The notes beneath the pieces were generated by a model. It ran no database searches and was not told where the DNA came from. It was given only the letters and a program-made list of their open reading frames with translations. DNA of 64,000 nt, taken from the NCBI GenBank assembly GCA_034226945.1, contig CP120456.1, positions 806,001 through 870,000 of the forward strand. Reading direction: 5' to 3'. Numbering within the stretch: position 1 is the stretch's first letter; the number at the start of each line of letters is the position of its first letter. Below, in pieces: positions 58,113-64,000 of the stretch. A program made the position numbers and the translations under genes. The DNA comes from Picochlorum sp. SENEW3 (taxonomy: Eukaryota).

Positions 58113-60077
58113 TTAAAAAGAAGCGAGAGCAAGGTTGGCTCTTGGGATATTCATTGATGAATAGCATTGGTTCCAGCTATTTGTTCTGATGGAATACCAA
58201 AACATTCGATTCGTTTCAGATCCATCATACCCTACTCTCCCCCCGGCAATGAATGCAGACTCATTGTTCAACACGCATGATGCTGCACTGCTGATTGTCT
58301 CTGGAAGAGATTCGAATTGCCTCCATTTCCCTGCACGAGGATCATACGCTTCTACTGTACATAGCCTTGTTCTATTACCATCCAAGCCTCCAATCACAAT
58401 GATGTTTCCCCTGATTGTCGTCACAGTAGCATATTTCCTCGGTACAGACATCCGTGAGCTCGATACAAACCATGCATCTCGTTCTGGTTCGTACCATTCC
58501 ATGGTATCATGTGTCTGGCGAAGGCTCTGTCCTCCAATACACCAGATTCTTCCGTATACAGCGCATGCATCCAGCGAAGCCCGATAATGATTCATTGGAG
58601 CAAGTTTCTTCCAAGTACCCGTTGAAGATTTAAAGCATTCGTTCAAATTCCCTGGATGTCTATCCTTTCCTTGAGTGGCTCGTCCACCCAACACAAACAC
58701 ATCATTTCCAAGAGAGACACACGCAGAGTTTACTCTTGGAGTGTATGAAGAATCATTCTGATGTACATGCCATTGGCTTTCTTCCGGCATATACTGCAGG
58801 AGAGACGCGCCAGCAAACTTGCCTGCAATGTATATTTGGCCATTGGCACATTTGCATGCATGCCCAAAAGAGCATTCAAGAGGCATATCTGGGCCTCGTG
58901 ACCATGTTTCTGATACAACATCATAAATCTCAGTTGATCGTAATGACTGCCATGCATTGCAAATGCCGCCAGATGCAATCAATTGGGTCTCCCCCCAATA
59001 TTCACGATGAATCTGGCCATTTTCATCTTCATGCATTCCATACACACGTTTATACGAGTATGTCATGCTAGGGACAGACGATGACACAAGAGACCCTTGG
59101 ATATACTGCCGAACGTGTTCAATGAGTTCATCTTGGACGAGCGGCTCTTTTCCTTCTTCCTGCGTTTTCAGGTCTTTCAGCAATTGACATGCCATGTCAA
59201 GCTCATCAGAGTAAAACACGATTTCACTCCGATCAAGTAAGTACACAACATCATCTTTTTTATCCATAGAATCTCTTGCCCAGAGAATCGCAGCAGACAA
59301 CACATCTGCTTCTCTATACAGGCAGGATGATCCAGCCCGAACTGACAAGGCATCCAGCATGAAATCCCTCGACAACACACACAACGACCTCGCCCCTTCT
59401 ACTGATCTCAACAAACTGCCCAAATTATCCTTTAAAAACATTTTCGCGGATATATATACATCGACGCAGTCATATCGCTCCGCCAACAGGAGAATGTCAA
59501 TGACATTCCCTACATGCATCTTGGCTCGCAGATAGTCAGATGACACCTCCATAACAGTCTGAACTGATAAATACGACGCCGCCCCAAGAAGCTTTGGTAC
59601 TTTGGTAGCTGCATCCTTTTGAATAATGTTCTCCTCCAAAAACGCACACCGCGCCGCACTCGTATCAGGCAGCCTACTGTACACAATCTTTAAAAGCATG
59701 CGCAGGGTTGCTCCATCCACATGTTCAACATGCACACAAGACCGTGCATTCTCAATCATATTTGAGCTCGCCCCAGCAAACATGGCTCTAAAATATGGAC
59801 TATGCGCTGCCAATACCACCTTGTGTGCCGAGATGCACGTCCCATCACTCGTAAGCAGGTCTACATCCACCAGAGACTGACTCTCAAAGAGGTCCATAAA
59901 CCCCAAAGATTCATCATGCCGCTCAGACACAGTATGGCAGGGTTCTTCACATTTCATAACATCTTCTGAATACGTCATGGTATCCGTTGCAGAAGCCATG
60001 CGCTGTTCTCCCTCCAGTGCCACTGATTCCCGTGGAAGAAAATCACGAGACGACACCGAACCAAACCTTTGCTCCAT
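58113..60077 (-). CDS. BTB-BACK-Kelch (KLHL-like) Cullin3 adaptor
   Basis: AHKVVLAAHSPYFRAMF (BTB); repeated GG..Y.P....W Kelch blades. Confidence 0.92.
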   Translation of the reverse strand: MEQRFGSVSSRDFLPRESVALEGEQRMASATDTMTYSEDVMKCEEPCHTVSERHDESLGFMDLFESQSLVDVDLLTSDGTCISAHKVVLAAHSPYFRAMFAGASSNMIENARSCVHVEHVDGATLRMLLKIVYSRLPDTSAARCAFLEENIIQKDAATKVPKLLGAASYLSVQTVMEVSSDYLRAKMHVGNVIDILLLAERYDCVDVYISAKMFLKDNLGSLLRSVEGARSLCVLSRDFMLDALSVRAGSSCLYREADVLSAAILWARDSMDKKDDVVYLLDRSEIVFYSDELDMACQLLKDLKTQEEGKEPLVQDELIEHVRQYIQGSLVSSSVPSMTYSYKRVYGMHEDENGQIHREYWGETQLIASGGICNAWQSLRSTEIYDVVSETWSRGPDMPLECSFGHACKCANGQIYIAGKFAGASLLQYMPEESQWHVHQNDSSYTPRVNSACVSLGNDVFVLGGRATQGKDRHPGNLNECFKSSTGTWKKLAPMNHYRASLDACAVYGRIWCIGGQSLRQTHDTMEWYEPERDAWFVSSSRMSVPRKYATVTTIRGNIIVIGGLDGNRTRLCTVEAYDPRAGKWRQFESLPETISSAASCVLNNESAFIAGGRVGYDGSETNRMFWYSIRTNSWNQCYSSMNIPRANLALASF

Positions 60078-60682
60078 CCCTATACTGCTGCTATGGAATT
60101 TGTTTATACATATCTATCTTAAAAATAACAGAGTTTGTTGTAAAGAAGATGGATGGATGGAATCCAACCCATTTCAAATTCTCCAACACAGATCAACGCA
60201 TTCAACAATGCCCGCCTGAGTACTAGAAGGCGCCCTCCATCCAGAGAGATCTCTCTAGAGAGGTGGATTTACCATGCAGTCCAGGTATCTATGTCTTTCT
60301 ATACTATACAACGTCAGGGATCTTCTTCTTTATTAGTTCTTGGCAATGCTGATGAATGCATCAGCCTCGCTCTTCTTCTTCTTCTCCGTCTTCTCTGGGG
60401 AGGCGGTTGATGGGTCAACTATGATAATAAGATCCTCGGAGTTTCCAAGAATGCCGCTCCGAGAATATGATTCCGAGAATACCACTGATATCTTCTTCTT
60501 GGATGTCGTCGTCTCGGTATGGCCTCATACATGCATTCAAAACTCTTGGAATCTTGTACATTGTGAGTACAGGGTACCCACACGGTCCCAGCATGTGGGT
60601 TCATGCACAGAGAAGAGAAACACGTTTACAGCTTGGTTGAAACCGTACTTTGTTAGACTGGGTCGCCATCATATATACAACA

Positions 60683-61951
60683 ATGCGTGTACTATTGTTC
60701 TTGTTGTGCATGCTATATGTAGCAAGGTGTCATACGATGCATTTCCGGGATGATGGGTCTTTCACGCTTGTGGTGTTTTCTGACTTGCATTATGGGGAAG
60801 GTGCTGACCTGGATGCAAAGAATGATGCATTGCAAAAGGCTGTATTGGATTCGGAACGGCCTGATTTGATTATCTATTTGGGGGATCTTGTCAGTGGATG
60901 GCGCGGAGGATCGGATGGGTGGATGGAAGGGATGATGGAGAGGATTCTTGCATACCCAAACTCCCAAGGATACTCGCACGCCATGTTGTTGGGGAATCAT
61001 GATGATGAAGCGGATTTATCGAGGCGAGAAATTTTGAATATGGATGTACTTCTGAGTGGAGATTTGTCGTTTACTCGGAGTGGGCCCTTTGATATTACGG
61101 GAGCAAGCAACTACCACGTGGATGTGCTTTCCAGCATAGGAGATGGCTCCGTGGTGAGCAGACTATGGTTCTTTGACAGCATGAATAGGGGGTGTGAGGG
61201 GAATGGCGCGTCATGGGGATGTGTCGGAAAGGATACTGTAGAATGGATGGATAGAACATCGCGTGAGTTGGATCCAGTGGATCAGTCTGTTGCATTTCTC
61301 CATATCCCACTGCCAGAGCACCGGCTGGCCTGGGGCGATCGTCGAACTGTTGGAGTACGGCAAGAAGACTCTGCGTGCCCAGTTGTCAACACAGGACTCA
61401 CGAAACAGCTTTTGAAATCCAATATATCAATGGTTGTCAGCGGACATGACCACCAAAACGACTTTTTGGGTAATATATACCTCAGTGCTGAAGCCATACA
61501 GTCCCAAATTGATAATACCAGCTCTACGGGTGATTTCCAACCAGGTGCAGGATCTCCCGGGTATGGAGATGTACCGATGATGATGGCATACTCACGAAAA
61601 AGCGGATATGGATCATATGGGCCGGGAGATATCACTCGAGGAGCTCGTGTCATACGATTGTGGGATGAGAATGCCCCAGCGTCGATACAGAAGGAGAGCA
61701 GAATGGCATCTGGCATATACCCCTTCTTGTCATGGGGATATCCTCCCCAGTACCTTCACAATGGCCCTATTCGGTTAATGGAGACGTGGATAACAAATGC
61801 TGTCGGAAACAGAGAAGTGCAAACAAGGCCATATCAAAAGTACCAGGTTCAACCCGAGTGCTACAATGCAGCACCTGGAAAGGAAGTATGGATTGGTCTG
61901 AGCATCCTTGTGTACTGTCTATGCATGCATACTGAAACATTTAGGTTTTGA
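60683..61951 (+). CDS. Secreted metallophosphoesterase (Dcr2/PAP14-16-28-29-like)
   Basis: Signal peptide; SDLHYG, LGDLVSG, LGNHDDE, FLHIPLPE, SGHDHQNDF, GYGSYG. Confidence 0.9.
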   Translation: MRVLLFLLCMLYVARCHTMHFRDDGSFTLVVFSDLHYGEGADLDAKNDALQKAVLDSERPDLIIYLGDLVSGWRGGSDGWMEGMMERILAYPNSQGYSHAMLLGNHDDEADLSRREILNMDVLLSGDLSFTRSGPFDITGASNYHVDVLSSIGDGSVVSRLWFFDSMNRGCEGNGASWGCVGKDTVEWMDRTSRELDPVDQSVAFLHIPLPEHRLAWGDRRTVGVRQEDSACPVVNTGLTKQLLKSNISMVVSGHDHQNDFLGNIYLSAEAIQSQIDNTSSTGDFQPGAGSPGYGDVPMMMAYSRKSGYGSYGPGDITRGARVIRLWDENAPASIQKESRMASGIYPFLSWGYPPQYLHNGPIRLMETWITNAVGNREVQTRPYQKYQVQPECYNAAPGKEVWIGLSILVYCLCMHTETFRF

Positions 61952-61988
61952 ATATTTTTAAATTTAATACAGATTCTGATTCGATCCT

Positions 61989-63311
61989 ATGGTGTCTCAG
62001 GAAGTTGAAGAAAACATGTCACATGGCATGCCCGAGACCAATGTCGATGGATCGACACAACCAGAGGAAAAACCTCACCAGGGCTCTGAGGATGACGCAA
62101 ATAAGGATGAGAAAAATCTGAAAAAGAAGAGAAAGGTGGCCATATTTTTATCCTATGTGGGTCATGGGTATCAAGGAATGCAGCGTAATCCTGGCTGTAA
62201 GACGATTGAGGACGATTTGTTCGAAGCATTGCATAAATCTGGAGCAATATCAGATGCCAACGCGGACGATTCAGGGTTTCAGAAGATACATTGGGCTAGA
62301 GCGGCAAGGACTGATAAGGGAGTGTCAGCCATGTGTCAGGTGGTTTCTTTGATGATGATCCCGTATCCTGATGATCTCATTGAGAGAATAAACAGCAACT
62401 TGCCTGATGTGATACATGTATTAGGGTATCAGAGGGTGGTGAGGGGTTTTGATGCGAGAAAAACATGTGATCAACGGCGCTATGAGTATATTTTCCCTGC
62501 ATGGGTGTTTGATCCATCTGTGCAATCTGTGAGCCAAGGTGGTGAGCCATCTGTAGCTGATGAGAAGGATGAATCTCTCACAAATAGTAAACGACGTCGT
62601 GTTTTGACGGAGAGGGATCCTAATTTTGTGTTTGATGAGGCGTGTGCTGCAAAGATGACATCCATTTTACAGCAATTTGAAGGGACGCATAATTTTCACA
62701 ACTATACGGTGAAAATGGATCCCAATTCACCGCAAGCAAAGCGATTCATGCTGAAGTTTGAATGCAACGGTACATTTGAGATTGATGGAGAGCCTTGGGT
62801 GAGAATGACTGTGTTGGGTCAGTCGTTTATACTCCATCAGATTAGGAAAATGGTCGGGATGGCGATCGCAGAGTATAAAGGAATAGCTCCAGAGGGAAGT
62901 TTGAAATACGCATTGAAAGCCAGGCAGCGCATAGTTGTTCCAATGGCCCCAGACCTTGGTTTGTTCTTGGATGAGTGCATATTCAAAGCATACAATGACA
63001 GGTGGAAAGATCTGCATGGGCCGCTCTCATTCGATGTGTATCGGGATGAAGTTGAAAAGTTCAAAATGGCAAAGTTGTACCCTAGTCTAGCACGCCGTGA
63101 TAGAGAAGAGAACGTGAATGCATCGTGGTTGCAAGGAATACATGAGGATGCATTTAAATTTAGCACATGGAAATCTGGCAAACCCACGGGCGCATTAGTT
63201 GGATCGAAAAAGAGAAAAAATGAACAAAAACAAACTGAGAAGGCTTTGAATAAAAAGATGCAAGCTCCCCCGAGCCTTATGGCGCATTTGTCGGCAGAAT
63301 ATTCTGATTGA
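61989..63311 (+). CDS. PUS1: tRNA pseudouridine synthase Pus1 (TruA family)
   Basis: KRKVAIFLSYVGHGYQGMQRN, AARTDKGVSA, GTHNFHNYT, GQSFILHQIRKMVG. Confidence 0.95.
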   Translation: MVSQEVEENMSHGMPETNVDGSTQPEEKPHQGSEDDANKDEKNLKKKRKVAIFLSYVGHGYQGMQRNPGCKTIEDDLFEALHKSGAISDANADDSGFQKIHWARAARTDKGVSAMCQVVSLMMIPYPDDLIERINSNLPDVIHVLGYQRVVRGFDARKTCDQRRYEYIFPAWVFDPSVQSVSQGGEPSVADEKDESLTNSKRRRVLTERDPNFVFDEACAAKMTSILQQFEGTHNFHNYTVKMDPNSPQAKRFMLKFECNGTFEIDGEPWVRMTVLGQSFILHQIRKMVGMAIAEYKGIAPEGSLKYALKARQRIVVPMAPDLGLFLDECIFKAYNDRWKDLHGPLSFDVYRDEVEKFKMAKLYPSLARRDREENVNASWLQGIHEDAFKFSTWKSGKPTGALVGSKKRKNEQKQTEKALNKKMQAPPSLMAHLSAEYSD

Positions 63312-63404
63312 ACACTTGAATCTTCTTCTTCTTTTTGTTGTTCTTGTTGACAAATCTATTCATGTATCACATCCTCATGTACATTTGTCAGATTTCTTTT
63401 ATTT

Positions 63405-64000
63405 CTAACATTCTATAGAATACCACAAGCGGTGCAATAGTATCGATTCTGCTGTTCTAGAGTCATCTAGAGATGGAATGTGACAAAAACGTATTGCATC
63501 AGTAGCGTGTGCATGTTCACTCAAATCCTCGATGCAAAGATGGGGTTCCACTTTGACAGCATTCAAGAATTTTTCTAGGGTTGTGTCTGATCGCCGTCTA
63601 GTGGACAAGTACACATATGATGGATTTGTACTCTCATCACCATGACGAAGCTGATACATGTACTCCAATATTTCGGCAATCAACGGAACAATGGTGGGTA
63701 TTATTTCTGGATCGTACAAAATATCTGCCCCAAGCACACACAATGGTGCACTCGTGTTGGTATGATTGTTCAATGCTTCCTGCAGCATCTCATCTTGTAC
63801 CAACGAATGCCAACCATGTTCCCATTGAAAGCACTTCATCATAACAGGACGACACGTATGCTCCTGCTGCTCATATCCATGACAAGACCCAATGTTGATA
63901 CCATTCCTCTTCATATTGGATGCACAGTTTTGCAATGTCTCTTCATTCCCATCTGTTGCCAGGACTGGACTATTCCCACACAGTCTGGACAATACGATCG
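63405..64000 (-). CDS. Seven-beta-strand protein-lysine methyltransferase (Methyltransf_16/FAM86-like), 5'-truncated by the window
   Basis: VLATDG, FQW, VLGADILYDP motifs. Confidence 0.8.
   Translation of the reverse strand, partial: IVLSRLCGNSPVLATDGNEETLQNCASNMKRNGINIGSCHGYEQQEHTCRPVMMKCFQWEHGWHSLVQDEMLQEALNNHTNTSAPLCVLGADILYDPEIIPTIVPLIAEILEYMYQLRHGDESTNPSYVYLSTRRRSDTTLEKFLNAVKVEPHLCIEDLSEHAHATDAIRFCHIPSLDDSRTAESILLHRLWYSIEC

Noticed and set aside
60440..60480. Three 14-bp-spaced TCC(G/A)AGAAT units and small ORFs in the 60230-60600 intergenic region
   Set aside because: Too short and degenerate; spacing does not fit a heat-shock element, and no consistent gene model could be built.
1..64000. 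CRISPR arrays, rRNA, tRNA, transposase or viral genes, telomeric arrays
   Set aside because: No repeat-spacer arrays, RNA-gene signatures or mobile-element ORFs were seen; only an isolated ccctaaa at 36725.

Overview
Gene-dense eukaryotic nuclear DNA (~40 protein genes in 64 kb) with short GT-AG introns, TGTAA polyadenylation signals and plastid-targeted proteins (OEP80, starch branching enzyme, RbfA, HU). This points to a compact chlorophyte green alga; a Picochlorum-like trebouxiophyte is my inference. Most genes are housekeeping. I could not support any rRNA, tRNA, CRISPR array or transposon. Highlights: (1) a glutathione peroxidase whose catalytic codon is an in-frame UGA (selenocysteine), with a plastid transit peptide plus twin-arginine thylakoid-lumen signal and only a non-canonical SECIS candidate; (2) unusually long, self-complementary introns in all three cytosolic ribosomal protein genes; (3) intergenic clusters of near-perfect short palindromes; (4) unusual domain fusions (FAD oxidoreductase-cyclopropane synthase-TLC, CBS-DCC thioredoxin-like, VASt-DysF, a chromo-shadow coiled-coil protein); (5) extremely tight gene packing, implying overlapping or possibly bicistronic transcripts. 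Exon boundaries were read by eye and domain calls come from motif recognition, not database searches.
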